A stretch of DNA of 64,000 bases from an uncultured Planctomycetaceae bacterium (GCA_963815195.1 CAWFGE010000010.1:64001-128000); one strand, 5' to 3'; shown: positions 49,995 through 61,441, counted from the first letter of the stretch. Numbers and translations: made by a program. The notes: generated by a model from the letters alone, not told the origin.

Positions 49995-51211
49995 GCCGTG
50001 TGCGCAACGCGTTCGACATGCGAAAATAAGCCCTTCGAGCATCGACAGGTATTCTTGAATGGGAGAACATCGCATGCGGCGAGCTTTGATCACTTTGGGC
50101 CTGATCGTATTCACGGCTTCCATCGCGAGGGCCGAGGAATCCGGGCAGATGCTCGACCAGATATTTCACCACCTGCGCATTGCGGGGCCGCGGGAATGGT
50201 CGGAGTTTCCGGAACAAGCCGAATGCGCCAAGTCTCGATCTGAAATTCTCGGCAAAGCCCAACCCCAGCGAGTGGACGCTGAGGCTCAGACAGCAGGATG
50301 CCAAACAGACCTGGAACGTGGTGCTCAACGGAACAAAACTGGGGCAACTGGTCCGTGATGAAAACGATATGTTGGCGTATTTCGCCGTCCCCAAGGGAAC
50401 GGTCGCGGCGGGCGAAAATCATTTCAAGATCGAACAGCGCGAGAGCACGCCCGATGACATTCGCGTGGGGGAGATTTTCCTCGAACCCCGGCCGATGGCT
50501 GCGGCCCTGAATCAGGGCGTGCTCGCTGTCGAAGTCCGTGATGCGGAGACCGGCGAACTTTTACCGGCGCGGATCACGATCACGGATTCCCGCGGCGCCC
50601 TGCAAACGACGGGGGCGGCGTCGAACGATCATCTCGCCGTGCGTCCGGGAACGGTTTACACGGCCACGGGCGAAGCCAAAATCGGTCTGCCGCCTGCGCC
50701 TACAAAATCTATGCGGGCCGGGGGTTTGAGTATTCGCTGGCCGAGGCGGACGTTTTGCTGAAAGTCGGGGGGGAAGCGAAGCGGCGGTTGACGATTCGCC
50801 GCGAGGTGCCCACGCCGGGCTTTGTGGCCTGCGACACGCACATCCACACGCTCACGCATTCCGGGCATGGGGATGCCAGCGTGCAAGAGCGGATGATTAC
50901 GCTCGCGGCGGAGGGCATCGAGTCGCCCATCGCGACGGACCACAACGTGCAGATCGATCACGAACCCTTTGCCCGCGAAATGCACGTCCGAAAATACTTC
51001 ACCCCCATCATTGGAAACGAAGTCACAACGCCCGTCGGGCACTTCAATATCTTTCCCGTGTCTCCCGCTGCCAAGCCGCCCAAACATCGGTTGGAGGATT
51101 GGACCCCCATTCTCGACGAAATCTACCGCACGCCGGGGGTGAAGGTGGCGATCCTCAACCATGCGCGGGACGTGCACAACGGCGTCCGCCCGTTCGGTCC
51201 GAAGCGGTTTA

Positions 51212-52558
51212 GCATCGTTCGAGAAATTAGTGTCGGATAAATTTGGGAGATTTGGTAGGATTCCGTGATTGTTTTTGCCCTTCTGTATTCTTTTTTTCAT
51301 GAGGCCACGGATGGCACGCGTCAATCTTCCGCGTTTTGATTCGGCGATCGAAACACGTATGCAGAATTTCTTTCAAACACTCAGTGAGAAGGATCAAAAG
51401 CGCGATGCGGCCGTGGAAGCCGAGCGTTTGGGTCATGGAGGAATCGAGTACATTTCCGAAATTCTGGGGTGTTCCACGAGAACGATTAGTCGCGGCATTC
51501 AGGAACTCGATGAACTCCCCAACGATCCCGCGGCAGGCCGAGTGCGGCGGGAAGGGGCCGGTCGAAAAAAAAAGATCACTCCCGAATCCGAAATCGAACA
51601 AAACTTGAACTCTCTGATGCAAACTCGCACGGCGGGCGATCCCGACGATGAAAAGATTGTCTTCACCGACCTCACTCCACGAAAGTTGGAACAGGAGCTT
51701 CATAAACTCGGGACGCCCGCCAGTGATGATGTCATCCGGCAGTGGATGGAGGATCAAGAACTGCGTTTGAGAAAGATTCGCAAAACGATTGCCGGTGGAA
51801 AGTCGCCCGATCGGGATGCTCAGTTCCAAAACATCTCGCGGTGGATTGAGGAATATCTGTCGGCGGGCAATCCCTATTTTTCCGTGGATTCCAAGGCCAA
51901 AGAGTTTCAAGGTCAACTGTTTCGCAAAGGCCGCGTTCGCAGCACCAAAGCCTTTGAAGCCTTCGATCATGATTTTCCCAGTTGGGCCGAGGGCGTGATC
52001 ATTCCGCATGGTATTTATGATCTCGTTCGCAATCGCGGTCATATTAATATCGGACTTTCGCGAGACACCACGCAGTTTGCCTGCGATAGCCTGAAATGGT
52101 ATTGGAATCGGATCGGCAAACACTGTTATCCAAACGCTGATTCGATATTACTCTTGATGGACGGTGGCGGCAGCAACTCCGCTAGCAAGTACATATTCAA
52201 GCACGATTTGCAGGAGGTCGTAAACTCGATTGGCATCCCCATTCGCGTGGCTCATTATCCCAGCTATTGCTCGAAATATAACCCGATTGAACGCCGCTTC
52301 TTTCCGCACGTGACTCGCGCCTGCACCGGTATGCTATTCGACACTCTGAAAACCGCTGTCAACCTGATGCGAAAAGCCGCGACATCCACCGGCCTCAAAA
52401 CGACAGTCCACGTGATCAACCGGCTCTACGAAACAGGTCGCAATGCCACGCAGGCCATGAAAGACGTGATCCGTTCGACCATCAGCTTTGACAAACTACT
52501 GCCAAAATGGAACTACACACTCACCCCGCAAACCGGACAGTAATTCATCGATCAGTGC
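51212..52558 (+). mobile_element. ISAzo13-family insertion sequence, 1347 bp
   Basis: TTA duplication (51209-11, 52559-61); imperfect terminal IRs GCATCGTTCGAGAAATTAGTGTC / GCACTGATCGATGAATTACTGTC; lower GC. Confidence 0.92.
51299..52543 (+). CDS. ISAzo13-family DDE transposase
   Basis: RREGAGRK, DRDAQF, SVDSK, DHDF, DGGGSN, SKYNPIERRFF, KWNY; uninterrupted. Confidence 0.93.
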   Translation: MRPRMARVNLPRFDSAIETRMQNFFQTLSEKDQKRDAAVEAERLGHGGIEYISEILGCSTRTISRGIQELDELPNDPAAGRVRREGAGRKKKITPESEIEQNLNSLMQTRTAGDPDDEKIVFTDLTPRKLEQELHKLGTPASDDVIRQWMEDQELRLRKIRKTIAGGKSPDRDAQFQNISRWIEEYLSAGNPYFSVDSKAKEFQGQLFRKGRVRSTKAFEAFDHDFPSWAEGVIIPHGIYDLVRNRGHINIGLSRDTTQFACDSLKWYWNRIGKHCYPNADSILLLMDGGGSNSASKYIFKHDLQEVVNSIGIPIRVAHYPSYCSKYNPIERRFFPHVTRACTGMLFDTLKTAVNLMRKAATSTGLKTTVHVINRLYETGRNATQAMKDVIRSTISFDKLLPKWNYTLTPQTGQ

Positions 52559-53569
52559 TTAACGACGTCGTCGGCGAAAACCTGGACGGCTGGCCGATGC
52601 GGTTCAATGCGATGGAGGTTGTCAATTCCGGGGCCACGCAGACCGATCCGCTGCAATTACTTTCCGACTGGATGACACTCCTTAACCGCGGCTACCAGAT
52701 CACGCCCATCGGCAGCAGCGATTCCCATGACGTGGCGAGGCATTTCGTCGGGCAGGGGCGTACCTATATCCGTGCGAATGACGCGGACGTGAGCCGGATC
52801 AATGCGGATGAGGCTGTGAACAATTTGATCCAGGGCCGGGTGATGATGAGTTACGGTCTCCTGGCCGAGATCGAAGTCGATGGGAAATTTGCCTCCGGCG
52901 AGTTGGCTCCCGTCCCGAATGATGAGCTGAACGTAAGCGTGCGGGTGTTGGGTCCGTCGTGGGTCCAAGCGAGTCGGGTGCAGCTTTTCGCGAACGGGGA
53001 GCCGATTCGCGATGGGAAGATCACTCCCAATTCGAGCCGCGATTTGCCCGCGGGCGTGCTTTGGCAGGGCGGTTGGACGTTGCCGAAGTTCAAGCACGAT
53101 GTGCATCTCGTCGCCATCGCGACGGGGCCGGGGATTGACAAGCCCTACTGGAAAACCGCCAAGCCCTATCAGCCCCGCTCGCCGGATTGGGACGCCAAGG
53201 TGATCGGATGCAGCGGGGCTGTCTGGCTCGATGCCGACGGCGACGGCCGCAAAATGTCCGCCTACGATTACGCCAAGGACGCCACCGCTCAATCGCAAGG
53301 AGACTTGAAGAATCTGCTGAACCTGCTCGCAGGATTCGATCAAGCCGTCGCTGCCCAGGCTGCGAACCTTTATCAATCCTCCGGCCGTTCGCTGCTGAAT
53401 CCCGACGCGCAAGAGTCAGTCAGCCAGGCGGATGACGCGGTGAAGCGAGGCTTTCAGAAGTACATCGCCGCCTGGCGGGAAAACCAGATCGCCCGCAGTT
53501 CGCTTCGCGCGGAGTGACGGCAGGGGCGGAGGCGGTTCTTTGTGTGGCTCTGCTTGCCCGACGTCAACA

Positions 53570-54393
53570 CTATTCGCCCGTTTGATCGAGATGCTTCTTG
53601 AAGAACGCGATCGCCCGCCGTCCCGCGTCTTCGCCCAAGATGCTGTGCCCTCGGTCGGGGTAGGTTTTGATCTCATAGGGCACCTGGGCGGCAGCGAGTT
53701 TTTCTTGCAGCTCGTAAGCTTTTGCCACGGGCACGCGCTGGTCCTGCTCGCCGTGGAGAATCAACGTAGGCGGGAAGTCTTCGACGCGGACGACCGGCCG
53801 GCCGTGGCCATCCTCGAACAGACCCCCGAAAAACTCAACGACGCACGCCGGCCTGGTGCGGTCTTTTGCTTTCACTTTCACAAGCCGTTCCGTCGCCGAC
53901 AGCGACACGAACCCGCCCAGCGAAAACCCCAACAGTCCCACGCGGCCGGGATCGATTTCTTCGAGTTGCCCCACCTGGCCGAGAACGTCCGCGACCGCAT
54001 CGATCCAATCATCGCGGTCGCGGAGGATCGTTTCGCCGAGATCTTTATCGGTCATGCCCAGGAGGTTGTCGTAAGGCGATGTGTCGAAGTAATGCACGTA
54101 GAACACGTGAAAGCCTTCGGCGGACAGGGCGCGGGCGTATTCGCGGTAATAGCGGCCGTACTTGTCGGCCCCGTCCACGCCGTGGAGCATCAAAATCGCC
54201 GGCCGTTTCGTCTGGGCCGCCGCCGGGATGTCCGGGCGAAAATGCTCGCAGGTAATCTCCGCCCCGTTGCGCGCAGGCGGTGAACCTGATCGGGCGACTC
54301 CGCGGAGAAATTCCACGCGAGCGCCCCGATCAAACACAGGGCAAGCAAAACCACCGAACCGCGAATCATCCGAGTCTTCATGGCTGCTTTCAT
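53570..54393 (-). CDS. dienelactone hydrolase-like alpha/beta hydrolase; frameshift at ~54265
   Basis: signal peptide in ORF 54190-54393; LHG, GFSLGG, ILHGEQDQRVP, GH. Confidence 0.85.
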
Positions 54394-56102
54394 TGTGGAA
54401 CTGTCTCTTTTGGCCGATTTTTCGCGATGGCATACAACGTGTTTTTGTTGGCGATGAACAGCACATTATTGGCAACAATCGGCGTCGTGTACACGGTGTT
54501 GCCCATGTTCATAGTATTGAGGAGTTCTTTCTTTTCAGAGAGGCGAAAGATCGCGACATCGCCGTCCTCGTCGCCGATGTAGACTTTGTCTTCCACGATC
54601 AACGGCGACGCCGCCCAGCAAGCGGCGAATTGATCATGCGTCCAATGCGGGTGCCCGGTTTGGGCATCGAAGCAGTGCACGAAGCCGCCAAAGTCGGCGA
54701 TAAACAACAGGTCGTCCTTGATGGCGACATGCCCCACCGAGCGGTGCATCACTTTCTCGAAATCCGTGATCGGATTGCCGTTCAAATCGAAATCGGAGTA
54801 TTCCCAGATGACTCGCGGAGTTCGGGTTGGGCCTCGCGATCTCGCCCGCTTTGGGATCGACGAGCTGCTCTTTGCGGAAGGGCGCTGGTTTGCCTTGGTC
54901 ATCGACCGCCAAGGTGGGGCTGACGTCCGAGCCGTCAAGCTTCTTCGCGGGATCGATGCACCACAGATGCCCCGGCCCTTCGCCGTGCTCGGGATCCTGA
55001 CCCGTGGCGACGTAGACTTTGTTGTCGTAGATCACCGGCAGCGGTGATATAGGGGTTGCGATTCCCCCGGCCGCCCAAAATCCATTTGGCCTCCTTGGGA
55101 TTGCAGTCGAACTTCCAGAGCAGCTTGGAATGGCCTCGGCCGTCGCCTTGGGGGTCGAAACTATAAAGCCAGCCGTCGCCACCGGGAAACAGGACCTGCG
55201 GCCGGCCGCCCAGAACGGCATACGCCGGCGAAGACCACGAACCGTGGAGCAGGCCTTTGTTGGGCGACTCGTCGGTCCATAACACCTCGGCCGTGTGCTT
55301 GTTCATGGCGAAAAACGCCGGGGCGTTGGGCTTGGGAATATTGACATGGCTTTCGTCCACGCCGTTGGAGGTGACCACAAACAAGATCTCCCCCGCCGAG
55401 GTCAGCGAGCAGGTGCACATGTTATGCTGGCTGATGCCCAGCTCGCCCATCATGTCGAACTTCCAAACCACGTCGGCTTCATTCTCCGCCTCGACGTCTT
55501 CCTGTTGAAAGGGGCCATCGTTTTCCTTGTCGCGAAAGCCTTCGGTGTCGAGGCACACGACTTCACCGCGGTTCGTCACATACCACAGCCGCTCGCCGTC
55601 GATCAGCGGGACCGACACGATGCCCTGCATCGGCCAGTCATGCTTGCGGCCGGTTTTCAGTTTCTTGTTGGAATGCTGCCAGAGGAATTCGCCCGTTTGT
55701 TCGTCGAAGCACAACAGCACGCCCAGATCAACTTGCACGAAGTCGTTCCACGGGAACCGCTCGATGTACCCGCCCGCGTTGTTGGTGCCGACGTAGACTT
55801 TCCCATTCGCCACCACCGGGCCGCTGTAAGTCTGGGATCCCAATTTGGCTTTCCACTTGATGTTCTTGCCCGAGTCCACGTCCCAGTCGGTGGGGATGTT
55901 TTTTCCCGACGGGCGTGTTATTGCGAAGCGAAGACCCGCCCCACTGCGGCCAATCGCCCGGACGGACTTGGAGTTTTGGGAGATGGTAACCCTTGAGGTT
56001 CGCTTGATCCGCGGCCAATTCCTGGGCGTCCACACGAAGGACGGGACAAAGAAGGAAGCCACTAAGGCATAAAGAAACCAGATAACGGCGTGCGAATTTC
56101 AT
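54390..56102 (-). CDS. PQQ-binding-like beta-propeller protein; ~3 frameshifts
   Basis: signal peptide; DWPQWGG, LGSQTYSGPVVANG, HGSWSSP, LWKFDCNP, TPIVANNVL across four frames. Confidence 0.85.
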
Positions 56103-56231
56103 GGGGCCTCCCCAACTCCAATATCGGCCAATTGCGGAATTCGCGAGATCCGCCGCGCCGACGGTTGCGTTATCCCAATCATACCGTTTTTCGAGCGCGG
56201 ACGGGCAGATCTTTTCGAGAGGAGGCCGCTG

Positions 56232-56954
56232 ATGGAGAGATGGTATTTTTCCTGCGACGGCGAAACATTCGGCCCGGTGACTTTGGCGGAGCTTCAACAG
56301 TTGGCCGACGAAGGGACGCTCGAACCGGGCGATCTGGTGTGGTCAGCGGGCATGGCGGACTGGCAGCCGGCCTTCCGCGTTCCGGCGGTCCGCTTCCCGG
56401 AAATGCCGCCGCCGTTGCCCGTGTCCTCAGCGATTCATCGGGCCATCGGCCTGTCGCGTGAAGTAGTCGTGCACCGAACGCTCGCGTGGTTGTGGAAGCA
56501 TAAGCCGGTGTTCTTTTTCGCGGGCTTCGCCGTCTGCGGCGGCATCGCCTGGGTATTGGCGGCGATGAGAATGCCGATGTTTTGCATCGCCATCGTGAAA
56601 ATTCCCTTCCTGTTGTGCCTGGGGGGATTCGCACTCACGGGGCTCGTCGCGATTTGCAAGCTCTGTTCCCAAAGCCAGCGGCGGACCTGGCTGCGGAAGA
56701 AGTGGGTCGCCGCGAATGGCGACGGCCGCTGGCTTCAATTCTCCAAAGACGGCGGCTTCGTTCGCAGCGACGGGTTTGGGGCGAAATATCAGTTTGACGC
56801 CGCGAACGACCGCATCGTGCTCCACCCCGCGGACGGCTCCGCCCGGAGGGAAATCCGCGTCGTGCTGCTGTCCGACCGCGACCTGGCGATTACCTGGGAC
56901 GACAAAACCGAATACTACGAGAAACCCCGCTGGTGGAAGCGGCTGTTGGGCTGA
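56232..56954 (+). CDS. GYF_2 (DUF4339) domain membrane protein
   Basis: GGAGG RBS; WY...GP...EL...LVWSAGMADW; 2 TMs; beta-rich C-domain. Confidence 0.82.
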   Translation: MERWYFSCDGETFGPVTLAELQQLADEGTLEPGDLVWSAGMADWQPAFRVPAVRFPEMPPPLPVSSAIHRAIGLSREVVVHRTLAWLWKHKPVFFFAGFAVCGGIAWVLAAMRMPMFCIAIVKIPFLLCLGGFALTGLVAICKLCSQSQRRTWLRKKWVAANGDGRWLQFSKDGGFVRSDGFGAKYQFDAANDRIVLHPADGSARREIRVVLLSDRDLAITWDDKTEYYEKPRWWKRLLG

Positions 56955-57067
56955 TGATGGGCCGGAGCCGATGGACGTTGAATCAATCAAACTGGTGGCA
57001 TGCCGGGTTGACAACCGATACACTTGGGAAGAGACGCAGATACTTCCCAAGCCAACCGCGAAACCCA

Positions 57068-57421
57068 ATGCCTGCTATCCCTTCAAAATCCCCAGCTTTT
57101 CGCAACCGCGAGACGGCAGCCCGTTGGCGGGCTCTGGTTTGCGGTTTGTGCATGCTGGTGATGGCGGTGCCTTCCGCGGGTTCGCTGCCGCTGGGTTCCT
57201 GGCTCGCCCTGCGGATGGACTGCGAAGAAGACGCGGAAACGGTTGACGAGACCGACATCGAGGCGACCGAGGAACGCCGCGATTTCGCCGCTCCCACCCG
57301 GCCCCGCCTGCTTTCCATTCTGCGCCCCGCGTCGTCCCGCCGGCCGTGGTCCTCTTTGGTGGCTTCCGACCGGAGCGAATTTCGCTCTTTGAACGGCACC
57401 GGCTCGCCGCTGCTTTGTTGA
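57068..57421 (+). CDS. small exported/leader-like hypothetical protein ending NGTGSPLLC
   Basis: hydrophobic segment, acidic patch, C-terminal NG.G.PL.C; directly upstream of SulP. Confidence 0.5.
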   Translation: MPAIPSKSPAFRNRETAARWRALVCGLCMLVMAVPSAGSLPLGSWLALRMDCEEDAETVDETDIEATEERRDFAAPTRPRLLSILRPASSRRPWSSLVASDRSEFRSLNGTGSPLLC

Positions 57422-57562
57422 TCGGCTGCTCCATTGTGCGCGAACTGCTTCGCGCCGCTTGGTTTCTGATGGGTCGATTCACCCAAACAGCCTGCGCCAG
57501 GCGTTTGCCGCCTGATGCTGCGCGGGTTGATGCTTTCATCCGCCGAACCGAGGAGGAGTCTG

Positions 57563-59533
57563 ATGAGCAGCGAACACGCCTCGCCGCGAGGATTGTTTCC
57601 AAAAATTCGCAATGATCTTTTGCCTTCGATTGTTGTGTTTCTGGTCGCGTTGCCTCTGTGCATGGGGATTTCGATTGCCTCGGGAGTTCCGGTGGCGGCA
57701 GGTCTCGTCACCGGGATTGTGGGCGGAATTGTGGTGGGGCTGCTTGCGGGCGCCCCGCTGACGGTCAGCGGTCCCGCCGCCGCCTTGACGGTCGTTATCT
57801 ACGATCTCGTGAGCCGGCACGGCCTGGAAAGCCTGGGCTTGGTGGTCCTCATGGCGGGAGCGATCCAGTTGATCGGCGGGCTGTTCAAACTGGGGCAATG
57901 GTTTCGCGCCGTGTCGCCGGCGGTGATCAAAGGCATGCTGGCGGGGATTGGGATGTTGATCTTCGCCAGCCAATTCCACCTCATGGTGGATGACACTCCC
58001 AAAGGCAGCGGACTGGAGAACCTGCTGACCATCCCCCAAGCCATTCAAAAAGGACTGCCCTGGCCGAAGTTCGGCACCCGCGAACAGCGAGCCGAGCGGA
58101 CTGACAATCTCCAAGCCTTCGGCACGTTGCACAATTGGCAGGTGGAGATTCGGGAACAAGTCGGCGAGGTCGTGCCCGAGTTGGCCGCCGAAGCGGAACT
58201 CACGTTGCCCGAAGCCGAGCAGTTGGCCGAGCTGGCGGAGTCGCAGGCGGCGCTTCATGCGGAGCTTGGGCAATTGGTGTCCGACTTGGATGTCGAGTCC
58301 GCGACCAAGACTGCGGAATCGGCAGAGAAACTGCGGGCGGCCGGTCAAACGGCGTTGGCAGCCACCGGAAAAGCGTTGGCCGATTTGCGGGAGAAAAACG
58401 TTGAGGACGTTCGCGAATCGCAAGCCGAGGCGGACCGCGCGATTTTGCAGGTCGAAGCGGGTTTGAAAAACCACGGCCTCGCGGCCAAGATCGGTTTGCT
58501 CACCATCGCGATCATTCTGTTGTGGGAAACTGCGACGCCCAAAAAATGGCGGATCGTGCCGGCTCCGCTGGTGGCGGTGGTGACGGCGACGCTCGTCACG
58601 GCGGTGTTTGCGCTCCCCGTGCTTTACGTCGAAGTCCCGCCGCGGCTGTTGGACGATCTGCACGTGCCCACCTTAGCCGTGCTCACGGAGGGCGATTGGG
58701 CGGCGCTTGTGCAATCCGCCGTGGCAATCGCGGTCGTGGCGAGTGCGGCCACGCTGTTGACGGCGACGGCGGTGGATCAAATGCATCAAGGAAAACGCGC
58801 GAAATACAACCGCGAACTCTGCGCCGAAGGCGTGGGCAATATGATCTGCGGAATGTTCGGCGCGCTGCCCATCACCGCGGTGATCGTGCGCAGCTCCGCG
58901 AATATCCAATCTGGCGGAAAATCGAGGTGGGCCACCGTGATGCACGGAATCTGGCTGTTGGTTTTCGTGGTGCTCTTGGCGGGGGTGATCCGCATGATCC
59001 CCGTCGCGGCGCTGGCGGCGATGCTCGTTTACATCGGGTATAAGCTCCTGGACCTCAAATCGATCCGCACCCTGGCGGAATACGGCAAAGGTGAAGTCCT
59101 GATTTACTTCGCCACGGTCGGCACCATTGTCGCCAAGGATTTGCTCACCGGGGTGCTGGTGGGGATGTCGCTCTCGGCGGCGAAACTGTTATTCAGCGTC
59201 TCCCGCTTGAAAATCGTCGCCACCGACAACCGGGAGACCGAAATCTTCCTCATCTCGCTGCAAGGCACGGCGACATTTCTGCAACTGCCCGTCCTCGCCG
59301 AAACGCTGGAAAGCGTGCCCCGCCGCCGGCAGGTTCGCATCGAGGAAGGACGGCTCCTGTTCATCGATCATGCCTGCCTGGATTTCCTGATGTCCTGGTC
59401 CCAGCAGTACCGAGCCTCCGGCGGCGAAGTGCAGATCGATCTGGATCGGCTCCGCACAAAATACGACGACCCCGACGCCAGCCAACCGCCGTCCAGCTCC
59501 TCCGAGCAACTCGCCGGGGCCAAGCATTCATAG
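57563..59533 (+). CDS. SulP (SLC26) family anion transporter with STAS-like C-terminus
   Basis: AGGAGG RBS; VFLVALPLCMGISIASG, VSGPAA, PITAVIVRSSAN, FIDHAC. Confidence 0.92.
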   Translation: MSSEHASPRGLFPKIRNDLLPSIVVFLVALPLCMGISIASGVPVAAGLVTGIVGGIVVGLLAGAPLTVSGPAAALTVVIYDLVSRHGLESLGLVVLMAGAIQLIGGLFKLGQWFRAVSPAVIKGMLAGIGMLIFASQFHLMVDDTPKGSGLENLLTIPQAIQKGLPWPKFGTREQRAERTDNLQAFGTLHNWQVEIREQVGEVVPELAAEAELTLPEAEQLAELAESQAALHAELGQLVSDLDVESATKTAESAEKLRAAGQTALAATGKALADLREKNVEDVRESQAEADRAILQVEAGLKNHGLAAKIGLLTIAIILLWETATPKKWRIVPAPLVAVVTATLVTAVFALPVLYVEVPPRLLDDLHVPTLAVLTEGDWAALVQSAVAIAVVASAATLLTATAVDQMHQGKRAKYNRELCAEGVGNMICGMFGALPITAVIVRSSANIQSGGKSRWATVMHGIWLLVFVVLLAGVIRMIPVAALAAMLVYIGYKLLDLKSIRTLAEYGKGEVLIYFATVGTIVAKDLLTGVLVGMSLSAAKLLFSVSRLKIVATDNRETEIFLISLQGTATFLQLPVLAETLESVPRRRQVRIEEGRLLFIDHACLDFLMSWSQQYRASGGEVQIDLDRLRTKYDDPDASQPPSSSSEQLAGAKHS

Positions 59534-59706
59534 CCCGTGTTGCAAAATCGCCTCATCAAAATGCCGCAAATGGGGCATTTTGCAACATGTGTTGAAAAGG
59601 CGAAACTCGCCGCGTTTCGGCCGGCAGAAAAAACTTGAGGAAAAATCCCCTTGTTTTTCAGGTTTTGAAACGATTTCGGAATGATTTTGACAAGCCGACG
59701 GGGTTT

Positions 59707-59722
59707 TGGCATCGGACGTGCA
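59707..59722 (+). promoter_or_regulatory. sigma54 -24/-12 promoter
   Basis: TGGCATCGGACGTGCA with GG at 59708-09 and GC at 59720-21. Confidence 0.6.
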
Positions 59723-59732
59723 ATACTATTTC

Positions 59733-59812
59733 CGCGGTGAGAGGCGTTGGCCCGCACCGATCACCAAAAACAGAAAGGTGTCTCAAACGTTTGTTTGAGG
59801 CACCTTTTTGCT
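59733..59812 (+). ncRNA. candidate ~80-nt sigma54-dependent sRNA
   Basis: lies between the promoter motif and a terminator; GGTGA/TCACC stem; no ORF. Confidence 0.45.
59774..59809. terminator. intrinsic terminator, probably bidirectional
   Basis: AAAGGTGTCTCAAAC-GTTT-GTTTGAGGCACCTTT with T-tract on + and A-run upstream. Confidence 0.75.
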
Positions 59813-59830
59813 TTTCTTTGGAATGGGGAT

Positions 59831-60265
59831 TCACTCCGCTTGCGACGCGTTCCGGCGATGGAAGGGATAAAACCACACTCCGTACGGGAGAAATCGCGGC
59901 ACGACCGGGTCGGCCAGGCGGTCGGGGTTTTTGATCCGCCACGCGAACCGGCCTTCCAGATAAGCCGCCGGCACGCAGGACGCGACGGCATCGTCATCTT
60001 CCGCCGGTCCGGAATCCCAGAGGTCGATTGTGCCCACCAAAACGCCCCGCGGCAGCGAATCGACCTCCAGCTCATATTCCTCAATCGCATCGTCGGCGAA
60101 GGCGTTCTCGGCGAGCTTCTTCGAGGCATACAGATAAATCGTGCCCCGCTGCCTGGTGTCCGTGGATCGGATTTCCACCGTCTTGATCCCGCGCAGAATC
60201 AGCTCCGCCCAAGGTTGCCGAACGCCGAGGGCCAGGCGCTGTTTGTCGACGGGGGGATCACTCAT
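59831..60265 (-). CDS. ASCH domain protein
   Basis: [23 protein letters not shown]...RGTIYLYAS. Confidence 0.9.
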   Translation of the reverse strand: MSDPPVDKQRLALGVRQPWAELILRGIKTVEIRSTDTRQRGTIYLYASKKLAENAFADDAIEEYELEVDSLPRGVLVGTIDLWDSGPAEDDDAVASCVPAAYLEGRFAWRIKNPDRLADPVVPRFLPYGVWFYPFHRRNASQAE

Positions 60266-60292
60266 GGGAAACGTTGACCGGCTGACGATCGA

Positions 60293-61377
60293 TCAAGCCG
60301 CATTGGGGAGGGCATCGCCGCGGGTGGCCCAGCCGTCGTGGATTTCTTCGAGGAGGGCCTGGAGGTCATATTCGTAATTCCAGTCCGGGTAGTGGCGCGG
60401 AACTTGCTCACGTCGCTCACGTACCAGATGTGGTCGCCGATCCGCGATTCGTCGGCGTATTTTTTATTGAGGCGTTTGCCGGAGATCTCTTCGCATAGGG
60501 CAATCGCCTCCTGCATCGAGCAGTGGCTATGCCGACTGCCGCCGGCGTTATAGACTTCGCCCGGCCGGGGGTTCTGGTGGAAATGCCAGAACATGTTGAC
60601 CAGATCGCGGGAATGGATATTGTCGCGGACCTGTTTGCCTTTGTAGCCGAAGATCGTGTAAGTCCGCCCGACCATGCAGCACTGCATCAAGAACGACAGA
60701 AACCCATGCAGCTCCGTGCCCGAGTGCCCGCCGCCGGTCAGACATCCGCCGCGAAACACGCCGGTGTTCATGCCGAAGTACCGGCCGTATTCCTGGACCA
60801 TCACGTCGGCGGCGACTTTGGAGGCTCCGAAGAGGGAATGCTTGCAGTGGTCGATCGACATGCTCTCGTCGATGCCCCGCTCGAAGTAGGCATGCGACTC
60901 GTCCACGTCCCACCGCGTGTCGAGTTCCACCAGCGGCAAGCGGTTCGGGTTGTCGCCATAGACTTTGTTCGTGGAGGTAAACACGAACGTGGCTTTCTGG
61001 CAATGCGCGCGGGCGGCTTCCAACAGAACCAGCGTGCCCTGGGCGTTCACGGAGAAATCGGTCATCGGTTCCCGCGCGGCCCAATCGTGCGAAGGCTGGG
61101 CGGCGGTGTGCACGATGAGCTTGATGTCCGAGCCGTATTCCCCAAACACCATATCGACGGCTTTGTGATCGCGAATATCCACGGTATGGTGCTCATAGTT
61201 CGCGATGGAGTTTTCCAGCCGCCGCCGGCTCCAGGCGGTCGAGGCTTCTTCGCCGAAGAAGTATTTCCGCATGTCATTGTCGAGCCCGGCGACCGCGAAG
61301 CCCTTTTCGCTCAAGAACCGCACGGACTCCGCGCCGATCAAGCCCGCCGACCCGGTGACAATCGCAACATCCATCAT
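60293..61377 (-). CDS. NAD-dependent epimerase/dehydratase (CDP-paratose 2-epimerase-like); frameshift at ~60395
   Basis: [28 protein letters not shown]; shifted frame gives [11 protein letters not shown]...NAA*. Confidence 0.88.
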
Positions 61378-61441
61378 TCCCTCCTTGGAACTTTTTCGCG
61401 TAACAATGCAGATTTCGCCATAACATAAAACCCCAGATTCA

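Larger units (their letters stand above)
50074..53517 (+). pseudogene. CehA/McbA-like PHP-domain metallohydrolase interrupted by an IS (plus frameshifts at ~50220 and ~50700)
   Basis: signal peptide; DTHIHT, ATDHN, GNEVT, NHAR before the IS and SSDSH after it; frame is restored on IS removal. Confidence 0.85.
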
